64,000 nt of DNA, taken from the human T2T-CHM13v2.0 reference genome, Homo sapiens. The position numbers and the translations under genes were made by a program. The stretch lies in NCBI RefSeq assembly GCF_009914755.1, contig NC_060938.1; one strand, given 5' to 3'. The notes beneath the pieces are model-generated. The model made no database searches and had not been told where the DNA came from. It saw nothing but the letters and a program-made list of their open reading frames with translations. Shown here in pieces: positions 26,300 to 39,212 of this stretch (its first letter is position 1; every line of letters starts with the position of its first letter).

Positions 26300-28020
26300 T
26301 ATTATTTAGTAGATGTTACTTAACATATATTTCAAATTTACAACATGATGCTATCAGATTCATATAGGTAGCAAAATGATTATTATTGTGAAGCAGATTA
26401 ACACATCTATCATCTCAAATAGTTAATTTTTTGGTGACAACAGCAGCTAAAATCTACGTAACAAAAATCCCTAATATAATTGCTAACAAAAATCCCTAAT
26501 GTAATACAATTTTATTAACTTCCTCATTTTGTACATTAGGCCTCTAGACTTGTTCATCCTACATATCTTGTATTTTGTATCCTTTGATAAATATTTTCTC
26601 ATTTCTTCTCTACCCCTCCTCCCACCATCCCTACTGGTAACCTCTGTTTCATACTCTGTTTATTTGAATTTGAACTCTTTTGTTTTGAAGTTTCACACAG
26701 AAGTGAGGTCACATAATTTCTTGTATGTGTGTCTGGCTTATTTCATTTAGCATGATGTCCTGTAGGTCCATCTGCTTTGCAAAAAGTGGCATAATCTTTT
26801 TTCTTTTTTTAAGGTTAAATAATACTTCATTGTGTATGTGTGTATGTGTATAAAATATTATATATATATGTATATTACTCATTCTTTATCCATTTACCAA
26901 TCAATAGGCATGTAAGTAGTTTTGATGACTTGATAATTGTGAATAGTGCTACAGTGCACATGGGAATGCAGATGTCTTTACTTACAAGGTGGTGATTTCA
27001 TCTTTTTAGATATACATGCAGAAGGGGGATTGTTGGATCATATGGTAGTTTTATTAACAATTTCTCTAAGAACCACCATGCTATTTTCTATAATGGCAGT
27101 AACAATCCACATTTCCACTAACAGTGTACTAGGGTTCCCTCTCCTCTGCATCCTTGCCAACATTTGTTTTCTCTTGTATTTTTTATAACAGTTATCCTTA
27201 TGCGTGTGAGGTGGTATCTCATAGTGGCTTTAACTTGCATCTTCTTATAATTAGTAATAATGAGCACTTTCCACATACCTGCTGGCCATTTTTATGTCTG
27301 CTTTGGATATATGTCTGTTCAGGTCCTTTGCCATTTTTTTAAATCAATTTGTTTGTTTTTTCTGCCATTGCTTGTAAAATTTCCTTACAAATATTTGATA
27401 TTAACCCCCTATTAGACAGATAGCGTGCAGTCATTTTTTTCCATTTCATAGGTTGCTCTTTCATTTGTTACTTGTTTCCTATATGCTGAGGCTTATGTTG
27501 CTTTTTAGTTTAATGCAGTCCCATTTATTTATTTTTACTTTTGTAGCCTGAGCTTTTGGCTTGTTATCCAAAAAATAGTTGCCAAGGCCAATGTCAAGGT
27601 ATTTTTTTCCTTTATTCTCTCCTAAGAGTTTTATGGTTTCAGATCTTACATTTAGGTTTTCTATCCTTTCTGAGTGAATTTTTGTGCATGGTGTAATATA
27701 CATGGTGTAATATAATGATCTAATTTTATTATTTTGCATGTAGAAATTCGGTTCTTCCAGTGCTATTTATTAAAGAGACTATCCTTTCCCTATTGTGTCC
27801 TTTTGGTGCCCTTGTCAAAAATTAATTGACTGTGTATGTTTAGATTTATTTCTGGGCTCTCTGTTCTGTACTACTGGTCTGTGGAGCATGATTCCTCCAT
27901 CATACTTTCTGATTTTCTTCCTCAGTATTGCTTTGGTTATCCAGCTTACGTTTGTGGTTCCACAGACATTTGGGGATTATTATTTTCTGTGTCTGTGAAA
28001 AATGCCGTTGATGAATTTTG
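26300..28020 (-). mobile_element. L1MA (MA8/9-like) 3' portion
   Basis: TACAACATGATG, GTACATTAG..CTCTAGACTTGTTCATCCTACA, GTCTGGCTTATTTCATTTAGCAT, antisense ORF2 C-terminus. Confidence 0.85.
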
Positions 28021-28088
28021 AAAAACAAGATCATAAAAGAGTATAATGAATCAACTATCATGTAGCTAGTACAATTATTGAAAGTAAC

Positions 28089-28117
28089 ATATATATATAC
28101 ACACACACACACACACA
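28089..28117. repeat. (TA)n(CA)n microsatellite
   Basis: ATATATATATACACACACACACACACACA. Confidence 0.9.
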
Positions 28118-30683
28118 AACATTTAGCCTTGTTCTGATTTCTAGACAATAGTTATATATGTGGCAAAAAAGTGAGAAATAATAATAGTGAACATGTAAAA
28201 ACTTATTTTACTTGCAAATACCTTCTTTCAATGAGGTTCTAGAATTTGATAGTAAGCTGTAAATGTGTGAGAATTCTGTTCAAGTGTGGTTTCCTTGTGT
28301 GACGTAAGATATGCCTATTAATGTACAATAATTATATTAGGAGAACAGTATGACCAACTTGAAAAAAAAAATAACCTTCAAAGTTGAGATACGTGAACCT
28401 ATCACTCATTTTTATTACTGAATTTTAGCCACGACCTCCACATCTCTTTCAGTTTTTCCCATTAAAAATGAATATTCAAAGTACAATGTAGCATGAATAC
28501 AAAGGCATTTTATGATTGATGTTAAGCACATTAATGTAATTAAGTTAAAACTTGCAAACTCCTGATTGTATTAAAATTTATAAAGTATAATTTTTAGTTC
28601 CTTCTACTAGGGTACATACAACATCTATATCAAATTTGTATTGCTAATTTAAGACTAATTAAATTTCAAAATCTTCAGTGAATCTTGGCAAGACACATGG
28701 ATTAATTGAACATTAGAAATAAATATTAATCTTTTTTACTTTTGTGACTTTATTTAGAAAGCAACAGGAAAAGACAATGGCATTCAATTACCATAATTAA
28801 ATTTGTATTAATATATTATCCCTCATTAACTCTGTACTGATGTGAATATGAATTCGAAACAACTAAAATTTAAAAGAAACGTGTTCTCTTCAACAGACTG
28901 AAGTTTCTAAATATAACAAACAAAAAGAGATACCATAAGTAAATCTCCTTTGAAGTACCTTATTTTAATAACACAAGATTTATTGCAAATCTTTAATTTG
29001 CAAAGTTCTCTATTAGGTGTAGAAGCTTGGAGTTAGGTATACTAAAATGAGATAGCAAATGAAAAGAAGTTCTTATCCCCCACCTCTTTTATTTCTCAGG
29101 GATTATATAATTATTTCACAGGAAGGAGAGGATAATAGTGTTGATAAATAAGACATTGCAGGAGTAGAATAGGGATACTGGGAATATGATATTTACCAAA
29201 ACAAAAACGGGTCTCGCCTTCATGAAACATCAAGATTAATGATTGAGATCTCTACTTCATTTACAGTATCTGATAAATATGTACTATGAACTATAGTAAG
29301 TGAAATAAATGAGAACACATGACATGGAAACTCCTAGTAGTAATATGAGAAGACAATTGTTAGACACATCTTACATCGTGAAAAAATATTGTAATATTTA
29401 TAGATATTGTTATACAATATTTTAAAATGTTTTATTTTACCAATTATTAAAGAGTAATGGCAGGTATTTTTAGAGGATCAGCTTTATATTGACATATATA
29501 ATTTTATATGAGAAAAAGCAACTATTCCTAATGTAGGTCTTTAATTATACTTCTATCATCTCTTTTTAAAAAAAATTATTAAGGCATTTTACACTGTGTA
29601 AATTAAAATATAGAAGTGAACACTTTTTCTTTATATCGGCTTTGAATTCCAAAAGCAAAACACAGTATCTCCTTAAGATAATAAAGAAATCCAAGTACAA
29701 AACACTTTCTACCAAGTTTTCAGCATTGCTTTCAACTACTAATGGTCAACAACAGTTAAGAAGAGTCAAGACATAGAATTAATTGTAGAACACAGAACTT
29801 GAGTTTTACAGGCAACTAAAACCCTGGCATTCTCTTCTGGAGCTTATAACATGATGGGAAAATATCAGCTAAGACCAGTGGTGAGAAGCAATGAAAACTG
29901 GTTGCTTTCATGTAGATCTGTATATAACCCCACATTGTAGTTTGAGGAGAGAAAAGAAATGATGAAAACATTTTTGAACGAAACACATCATTTGATATTC
30001 AATTTATTTATTTGAAATTATAGAATTTTATATTCAATTTTCCTTTTACATTTTATAATACAACGATGTAACATCCATTATTAATACTGGTCATTTTATA
30101 TTTTATATTTACTTTGTTATAATCATAGCTGTTAGCAGTCATTTTTGTATTTTTGTTCAATGCCATATACTTAGCAAATGGAAGAGCAATCAGCTTATAA
30201 CAGGTACTAATAAACCTTTTTTAAATGACTACAGTACAATATATAACAGAATGCTAATCATCTCACTTGAAACCCTGACTCCTCCAATTTTCACCTCCCT
30301 AAGCCAATAATTTAAAAAATCACAGTATATCCTTACACATCTTCCTTGGTATATACGCACAGAGATTACATGGAAAGTTTATTTATTTTTACTGAAACCT
30401 AATAATAAATGTTATCTCTAAGTTGCTTTTTCAGAATTACCACTGCACTCAACCAATTGTTCATGCTGTCAGTTCTATTTATCATTTTTCACATTTTATA
30501 AGCATAATGTTTTCCCATACCTTTGAATATTTTATTTATTTATTTGTAAATTTGTAAATGCTAATTAATATGTCCATTGCAAACTTTTTGCCTGACTTTA
30601 TCATAGGTACTTTGGTTTTATAAATCAATTTCCAGCCATACCAAAGATTATCCCATAATAAAGTTCAACTATCTCTCAAGTTA

Positions 30684-30741
30684 GGTCTTCATTCCTGGGT
30701 CACATTAGATATATTAGATATATGACCCAGGAATGAAGACC
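30684..30741. repeat. Perfect inverted repeat, 19-bp arms, 20-nt spacer
   Basis: GGTCTTCATTCCTGGGTCA / TGACCCAGGAATGAAGACC. Confidence 0.95.
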
Positions 30742-33700
30742 ATACATCTAGTATATTTTTGAAATCATCATGTTATGTTTAAATCAGAAATTATTTGCAA
30801 TATATTATTTTTAAATTGGGCAAAATCAGAAACAATCTTTACTATTTTCCTAAAGGACAGCTAAATTTGTTATCAATATATACTAACTAATGCTCCTCAT
30901 TAAACAGAAGTGCTATTGCTGTCATACGTTAACCACTGATACATAACTTGAATCTATGAAATAGCTAAGTAATCTCTCTAGTGGTATGCAAATAACATTT
31001 TAATAAAATTTCAGAGATTATCTCTCCATTCTTTAAAACTGTTCACCATTTCCTCAACTATTCTAAAGCCTCTGTTATTCCAATAAATGTTTAAATAATT
31101 GTATAAAAAATAAAGTCTTATAACTTTGATTGCAATTACTTATATTTAAATATCAAAATGCAGAGACTTCACAGTTTATGATAGTAAATATTTTTAGCAA
31201 ATAATATTGCGTTTTAAAAACACATTTCCATTTTAAAATATCCCCCAATGTTGTATTATAGTTGTTTACCTGTTATACCTAGACTTTTCATAATTTTGTC
31301 ACTATATTGAAAGAGCTATTTTCCCTGTTGATTTTTATGTGTCTATTGCTATGGAGAAACAGTAGTCAAAGAATTATACAATATCTCAATATATAATTTA
31401 CATATTTATAAATGTATTTCAAAGGTTGATTCCTATTTTTTTGTTTAGACTATTAGAGTTTTCTAGCAGATATAAGGCCATATCACAAACAAAATATCAT
31501 TTTAATTCTTTATATGTGGGTTATTTTCTTGCACAAAATTTTACCTTTAATCAATCTGAGTAATGTTTTAGTAGCAAGAATTACTCTTTATTACCTAAGT
31601 TCAGTTAAAATCTGTGAGTTTTATATTTGATTTTTGTATTTTTTAAATAATGTTTATAAACTTTTTTATCTTATCTTTTTGAATAGGAAATATTTCTAAA
31701 GATTATCAGATGCCCTTTTAGCATTCATAAATTAAATTATTTGATTTATTTTCTTTCATTTTTATGAGATAAACTAATGTTACTAAATTTTCTACTACCA
31801 CACTTCTCTTCAGTTCCTGGCGTAAATCCAAAGTTATCAAAGTTTGATGTTATTTGTTACATTGCTTAATTTTTACATTTTATTTAGTATAGTCTTCACG
31901 CTTTTTATACAGTTTGTCCCATTTATTTTCATATTTTACTATCAGTATTGCGTTGTGACATTAATTTTATGTTATTTTTCTAAGACGGTTTGCGAATATT
32001 TCATCTTATTTTTTAGTTTAGAATAATTTCTAAAACATTGGTATTATAATATTTTTAATAAGTTGTTCAGGAAGTCAACTATGAAAATGTCATTTTAATG
32101 TCACATATTGAATCATATTTCTAATACCATATGGCACAACTACTCTATTAAATAAAATTAATTTGGATAAATTATATAATACTATAAAATGTAAAGTTCT
32201 TCTAGATTTTAGTGTAGAGCTGTGTAAAGCTCAAAGAAACAGAAAATATTTTCTTCAAGATCTTGTCTTTAAGAATTATAAAATGTATCACAAATAAAGA
32301 AATAAAATTTCAATTCTAGTTTAGAGTTGTAAAGCAGTATAGCCTCATAATCCGTCTATGAATTAATATTCCCTGTAAGTATATTAAATATTTTTCAGAA
32401 GATTGAATTTACCTCTAACCTATTTGAACAGAATCTGTTAGGAGGACTCAACGAATCTATATTATAAATATATTCCATAGATGATGCTGACTCCCACTTA
32501 CCCATAGAAACTATCGTTCTGTAGAATGTTTAACAGAATTTTACCTATTGTCAGTTATTTGAACATTAAACACATTAAAAAATGAGTTTTGATGATACTA
32601 ATTGAGAATGCATTTTTCAAGAGAAACAGAAATACAAAATGAATTACCAATAAATATTCATTTACTTTAAGCATAAATGTGAAGGAGATTGATCTAATGC
32701 CATCATGTTATCACAATAAATAATAACCTAATTGTTCAAAAGTGTAGTGGTCTTCATAACGTAGTCATATTCAAGAGTAAGTTTCAACTTTGCCATTGCA
32801 TTGCCTGGAGAAAGGCATAACTTCAATGGGTATGCTTGTGATTTTTGTTTGTTTATTTTCTTTACTTTTTACAACTTAAATAGTAATACCCAAAGGTCAA
32901 AGTATTTTTTCTGGATTGATGACTACATGGCTAGAGGTGATAGTTTGCAGTATAGCCAAAGGTTGTTAACATTAATCCTTGGGAATGCTCTTTCCGAAGG
33001 TTAGCATTGCTTTTGTTACTATACCTCCGTGCAAAAGTCTCAGAGCAGAGGCAATGGGGCACATCCAAATTCATGTAGTGTAATGCAGTCCATCTAAAAA
33101 AGGAAGCCAAGTGTGGCATGACCAGTAATTGAATATGTTTCTCTAAAAAAATATCATGGCTACAGAAGCTGATTTGGTAACAGGGCTACCATTCCCTTCA
33201 AATCAATATGAGATAATATCGTTATGCTTTCTCTAGACAGTTCAGGAATTGTGTATGCCTTACTTAGAATGGACTTCAAAGAGATATTTTTATTCATACA
33301 TGACAAAATGGAACTTTTTCCCAATATGGAATTATTAATCAGTATTATATTATTATCTGTAAAGTAATAATCTTATCATTTATTTTTATAAAATATGTCA
33401 TCAACAAATATTAATTTAGCAACAAATTTAGTTTAACATTGAGCTGAAGGTAAGAAATGCACAAAAATTTTTGGAATCATTAATAAATCAGATAACTTTA
33501 GACCCATTTCCAAACAGAAATATTTTAATAAACTGAATATTTTTGATTAACTCTATTTCTCAATCTTGGTACCTGATTCTAGGAAATAATTAAAAGTACT
33601 TGAAAATTACACTAGTTAATTCCAGTTGTATAAAATATATTATTGAGGAAATCATTACTTTAGGGCAGAAACCGCTTTTATACACATCTGAGTCATTTTT

Positions 33701-33989
33701 ATGCAGTAATTGGAAATGTGCTGGAGTAGATTTCTCCATACTTTTTCTGTAAGACAGATTTGAAGCAATAGGAAGGTATATTTTCTTCCTTGAAGACATA
33801 GTCATTATATTAGTAGCACATCTTTGTGTAGCAGGCACAATGAAGAACCTGAGATGCCACAATGCACATACAAGGCCACTGGGCATGTTGGAGATGTATA
33901 ATGCTTAAGACAAATCTATCACTTTTATAATTTTCTGTGATGTATACTACATCACTGAATGAGTTAAAATAATGTTTTATCAAAGTTTT

Positions 33990-34551
33990 TGTATTACTCA
34001 TGGTTCTCGAGAGAAGCAGAACGAATAGTTTCAGATATACACAGGTGTATGAGAGGGGATTTATTAGGGAAATTGGCTCACACAATTACCAACTCAAGAA
34101 GTCCCACAATAGACCATCTGCAAGCTGGAGAAGTAGAGAAGTCGTAACATTGTTCCAGTCACGTCTGAAGGCTCGAGAACCAGAGAATCCTATAGTATAA
34201 TTTTCAGTCTTAGGCCAAAGCCCTGACAATCTGGAAGCTGCTGGTGTAACTCCTGGAGTCCAAATGGCAGAGAACTTGGAGCTCTGATGAGCAAGGGCAG
34301 GAGCAGATGGGTGTCCCAGCCTTGGAAGAACAAGAAAAATTGCCTTTCCTTTGCTTTTTTATTCTATCTGCGTCCTCAGTGGCGAGACAGTGATTGACAA
34401 GATTGAGTGAGGGTAGATCTTCCTTAATCTGCTTATTCAAATGCCAATCTTCTCCAGAAACTCCCTCACAGGCACACCCAGAAATTATACTTTACCAGTG
34501 TCTGGGTATCCCTTGCTCCAGTCAATATCATACCTGAAATGAACCATCATA
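33990..34551 (-). mobile_element. MLT2B-type ERVL solo LTR
   Basis: TGTATTA.TCA.GGTTCTC.AGAGAA, GAAGTCCCACAATAG.CCATCTGCAAGCTGGAGAA, CCCTCACAG.CACACCCAGAAA, AACCATCA. Confidence 0.88.
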
Positions 34552-34620
34552 CTTTCTTTTCCCTTTACACTACCACTCACACAGTCATCTATAACTGAAG
34601 GTGCATTATGAGTGTTTTTT

Positions 34621-34750
34621 AAGGTTATAGGAAGACAAGTGAAATTGATTTTAATAATATATATAATATAACCCAATATATCCAAAATATTATCATTTCA
34701 ACATGTAATCAATGCAGACATCATTAATGTGATGATTTACATTCTTTGTT
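34621..34750 (-). mobile_element. MER33/Charlie-type fragment (probably carried in by L1 3' transduction)
   Basis: AACCCAATATATCCAAAATATTATCATTTCAACATGTAATCAAT. Confidence 0.7.
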
Positions 34751-36980
34751 TTCTTTTTGTTGTTGTTACTGCTATTTTCTTTTTCTTTTTAATTATACTT
34801 TAAGTTCGGGAATACATGTGCAGAACGTGAAGATTTGTTACATAGGTATCCACATGCCATGGTGGTTTGCTTCACCAATCAACCCATCATCTACACTAGG
34901 TATTTCTCCTAATGCTATCCCTCCCCTAGCCCACCATTTCCCAACAGGCCCCAGTGTGTGATGTTCCCCTCCCTGTGCCCATGTGTTCTCATTGTTCAAC
35001 TCCCACTTATGAGTGAGAACATGCTGTGTTTGGTCTTCTGATCTTGTGTTAGTTTGCTGAGAATGATGGTTTCCAGTTTCATCCATGTCCCTCCAAAGAC
35101 ATTAACTCTTCCTTTTTATGGCTGCATAATATTCCATAGTGTACATGTGCCACATTTTCTTTATCCAGTCTATCACTGATGGGCATTTGAGTGGGTTCCA
35201 AGCCTTGCTATTGTGAACAACGTGGGAATAAACATATGTGTGCATGTGTCTTTAAAGTAGAATGATTTATATTTCTTTGGGTATACCCAGTAATGGGATT
35301 GCTGTGTCAAATTGTATTTCTAGTTCTAGATCCTTGAGGAATCACCACACTGTCTTCCACAATGGTGGAACTAATTTACACCCCCACCAACAGTGTAAAA
35401 GCGCTCATATTTTTCCACATCCTCTCCGGTATCTATTGCTTCCTGACTTTTTAAGGATCGCTATTCTAACTGGCCTGAGATCGTGTCTCATTGCGGTTTT
35501 GATTTGCAATTCTCTAATGACCAGTGATGATGAGCTTTTTTGCATGTTTGTTAGTCACATAAATGTCTTCTTTTGAGAAGTGTCTGTTCATATATTTGCA
35601 CACTTTTTGATGGGATTGTTTGGTTTTTTCTTGTAAATTTTTAAAGTTCTTTGTGGATTCTGTATATTAGCCCTTTGTCAGATGGATAGATTGCAAAAAT
35701 TTTCTCACATTCTGTAGGGTGCTTGTTCACTCTGATGATAGCTTCTTTTGCTGTGCAGAAGCTCTTTAGTTTAATTAGATTCCATTTATCAATTTTGGCT
35801 TTTGTTGCCATTGCTTTTGATGTTTTAGTCATGAATTCGTTGCCCATGCCTATATTCTGAGTTGTATTGCCCAGGCTTTCTTCTAGGGTTTTTATGGTTT
35901 TAGGTCTTACGTTTAAGTCTTTAATCCAACACCCCTTCACACTAAAATCTCTCAATAAACTAGGTATTGATGGAACATATCTCAAAATAATAAGAGCTAT
36001 TTATGACAAACCCACAGCCAATATTATACTGAATGGGCAAAAGCTGGAAGCATTTCCTTTAAAAACCGGCACAAGACAAGGATGCCCTCTCACCACTCCT
36101 ATTCAACATATTATTAGAAGTTCTGGCCAGGGCTGTCAGGCATGAGAAAGAAATGAAGGGTATTCAAATAGGAAGAAAGGAAGTCAAATTGTCTCTGTTT
36201 GCAGATGACTTGATTGTATATTCAGAAAACTCCATCATCTCAACCCAAAATCTCCTTAAACTGATAAACAACTTCAGCAAAGTCTCAGGATACAAAATCG
36301 ATGTGTAAAAAATCACAAATATTCCTATACACCAATAATAGACAACCCATGAGCCAAATCATGAGTGAACTCCCATTATCAATTGCTACAAAGAGAATAA
36401 AATACCTAGGAATACAACTTGCAAAGGATGTGAAGGACCTCTTCAAGGAGATCTACAAACCACTGCTCAAGGAAATCAGAGAGGACAAAAACAAATGGAA
36501 AAACAATGCATGCTCATGGATAGCAAGAATCAGTATCATGAAAATGGCCATACTACCCAATGTAATTTATAGATTCAATGCTAACCCCATCAAGCTACCA
36601 CTGACTTTTTTCACAGAATTAGAAAAAAAAATACTTTAAATTTCATATGGAACTAAAAAGAGCCTGTATAGCCAAGACAATCCTAAGCACAAAGAAGAAA
36701 GCCTGAGACATCACTTCATCTGACTTCAAACTATTCTACAAGGCTACAGTAACCAAAACAGCATGGCACTGGTGCCAAAACAGATATATAGACCAATGGA
36801 ACAGAACAGAGGCCTCAGAAAAAATGCCACACATCTACAACCATCTGACATTTGACAAACCTGACAAAAACAAGCAATGGGGAAAGGATTCCCTATTTAA
36901 TAAATGGTGTCAGGAAAACTGGCTAGCCATATGCAAAAAACTGAAACTGGACCCATTCCTTACACCTTATACAAAAATTA
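34751..36980 (-). mobile_element. L1PA7/8-like element with 5' inversion (antisense 34751-35928; inverted ORF2 piece 35927-36980 on +)
   Basis: Antisense 3'UTR/ORF2 up to TTTAATCCA, then sense ORF2 from CAACACCCCTTC to TACAAAAATTA; the two pieces are adjacent in the L1 consensus. Confidence 0.92.
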
Positions 36981-37786
36981 TGAGTATTTTTAAGACATTA
37001 TTGTACCTAGGACTATGACATTCTAAATATTTTCTTTAATAGCAGTCATCTAACACAATTCAAACTTTAGTAGTCCTCAACTCCAATTATCACCCACCAG
37101 CCACAGCTTATTGCCTAGAGATAAGCCTCAGCCAAATAGAACCATATATTCTCTTTCTTGGACATTTTGTTACTTTTTGGGGGAAGCACAAAATTTTCTC
37201 TCGGATAGCCAAAGCTGTATCTTCTTCAGGCCCTATCAGTAATCATATTTTCTGCTTAAGAGAAGAAAAGGACAATAAAGATTGGAGAGGAAGAAAAGAA
37301 GAAGAAAAACCAAAGGAGAGAGGGAAAAGGGAGTAGAAAAAAATGACAGAAGATTAAGAAAGAATAAATTAAGGCAAAACCAAAACTTAAGAAAACATAA
37401 AAAGCCGGACAATTTACTGACCATCAGACCATTGTATGTCAAATGTCTCACCATTGTCCCTGGAGCAGAGAAGAGTCACAATACAAATGAATTAATGTGT
37501 AAAAAAAAAAAAAAAGAATGAATGAAGAGAGTAATGTCAGTGTTTAAGCTTTTTCATTCCAATGTTTCCTGAGGTCTATTCCTTCATTAGTTCTGCAAGC
37601 AATAAGCAAGCAAATTGGTTTCTCTTGTTTTAGCATGGAATTCTAACACATATACATGCTAATAGATGCCCTCGCAAAATTTTTCAATCACACACAAAAA
37701 AGAGCAAGGGATAGTGTATTTAGAAAAATCTTTGCTGATTCTAATGGCCATTTTTCCCCAAAAATGACTTTGTTAAAATGAAAATT

Positions 37787-38077
37787 GGCTGGGCGTGATG
37801 GCTCATGCCTGTAATCCCAGCTCTGGAAGGTCAAGGTGGGTAGATCACCTGAGATCAGGAGTTTGAGACCAGCCTGCCCAACATGTGAAACTCTGTTTCT
37901 ATAAAATTAGCCGGGCATAGTGGCTCACAGCTGTAGTCCCAGCTATTCAGGAGGCTGAGGCATGAGAATCGCTTGAACCCAGGAGGCGGAGGTTGTAGTG
38001 AGCGAGAGCGCACCATTGCACTCCAGCCTGGGGGACAAGAGCGAAACTCCATCTCAAAAATAAAACTAAAAATAAAA
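37787..38077 (+). mobile_element. AluS (Sq-like), TSD TAAAATGAAAATT
   Basis: Alu dimer with GACAAGAGCGAAACTCC; TSD at 37774-37786 and 38078-38090. Confidence 0.93.
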
Positions 38078-38691
38078 TAAAATGAAAATTGAATTATGTT
38101 GTTGCATGTTAGATTTACATATATTCAGACATTATTCTATGAGTTTCTTCAATAGAAATTCATTTACATTCAATGTAAAACATAATCATGATAAAAAGTA
38201 CTGAATTGGGCAGAATGGTCATTCTAAAAAGCAAAACCAATTTATATTTGGTATAAATATGGCAGAAACTCTGAATAAAATTAGATGAGAATTTTGTAAA
38301 CTGTTTAGAAATCGTTTTCAAGAGCTGTTAATAGGTAGCAGCTAGTAATAGATATGATTAAGGTATGATAATAAACAGAGCAGGGAAAATGCTGCTTACC
38401 AAATCCCCATTTGAAAATTTAAAATACACTTTTAATATAGTAAATATTCCCTAAAGCCACAGTAATTTAACAAAAATTTAATTTATTTAACCATTCAACA
38501 AAAAATTTATACAAGCATTTTTTATCCATAGAAATGTTTATTCAGAACACTGAACCATACAAAGGTACTTTAAATTATAAAGAGAATATATTTAAGTATT
38601 TCACCGAAATGATCTTTTTCTTCATCATTTTACTTTATGATAAGTTTATTTGCTTTAAACTGGTGGAAAATTGTTTCTAAAAATGATTTCA

Positions 38692-38990
<299 letters not shown>

Positions 38991-39099
38991 TTAATATAAT
39001 ATTGTTCATACTATGATTGATCATGATTTTGAACAACTTAATTTAAAGAGCGTCAAGCTTTGATATCAAGCTTATTTCTTTTTTATTTTATTTTACTTT

Positions 39100-39212
39100 T
39101 TGTTAATTTTCAATTTTTATTTTAGATTTAGGGGATACATGAATGAGTTTGTTATCTGAAAGTATACTGCATGAAGCTGAGGTTTGGGATACAAATCATT
39201 CCTCACCCAGGC
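39100..39212 (-). mobile_element. Short L1 3' tip (PA15/16-like)
   Basis: TTTTATTTTAGATTTAGGGGATACATG...GCTGAGGTTTGGGATACAAATCAT.CCTCACCCAGG. Confidence 0.7.

Noticed and set aside
32660-33260. Repeat-free stretch that might be a conserved enhancer (also about 7200-8250)
   Set aside because: Conservation and chromatin state cannot be assessed from the sequence alone; no compelling motif cluster.
39053-39073. Near-palindrome AAGCTTTGATATCAAGCTT resembling a polylinker (HindIII/EcoRV sites)
   Set aside because: Too short, with no other vector sequence; likely a chance or local fold-back sequence.
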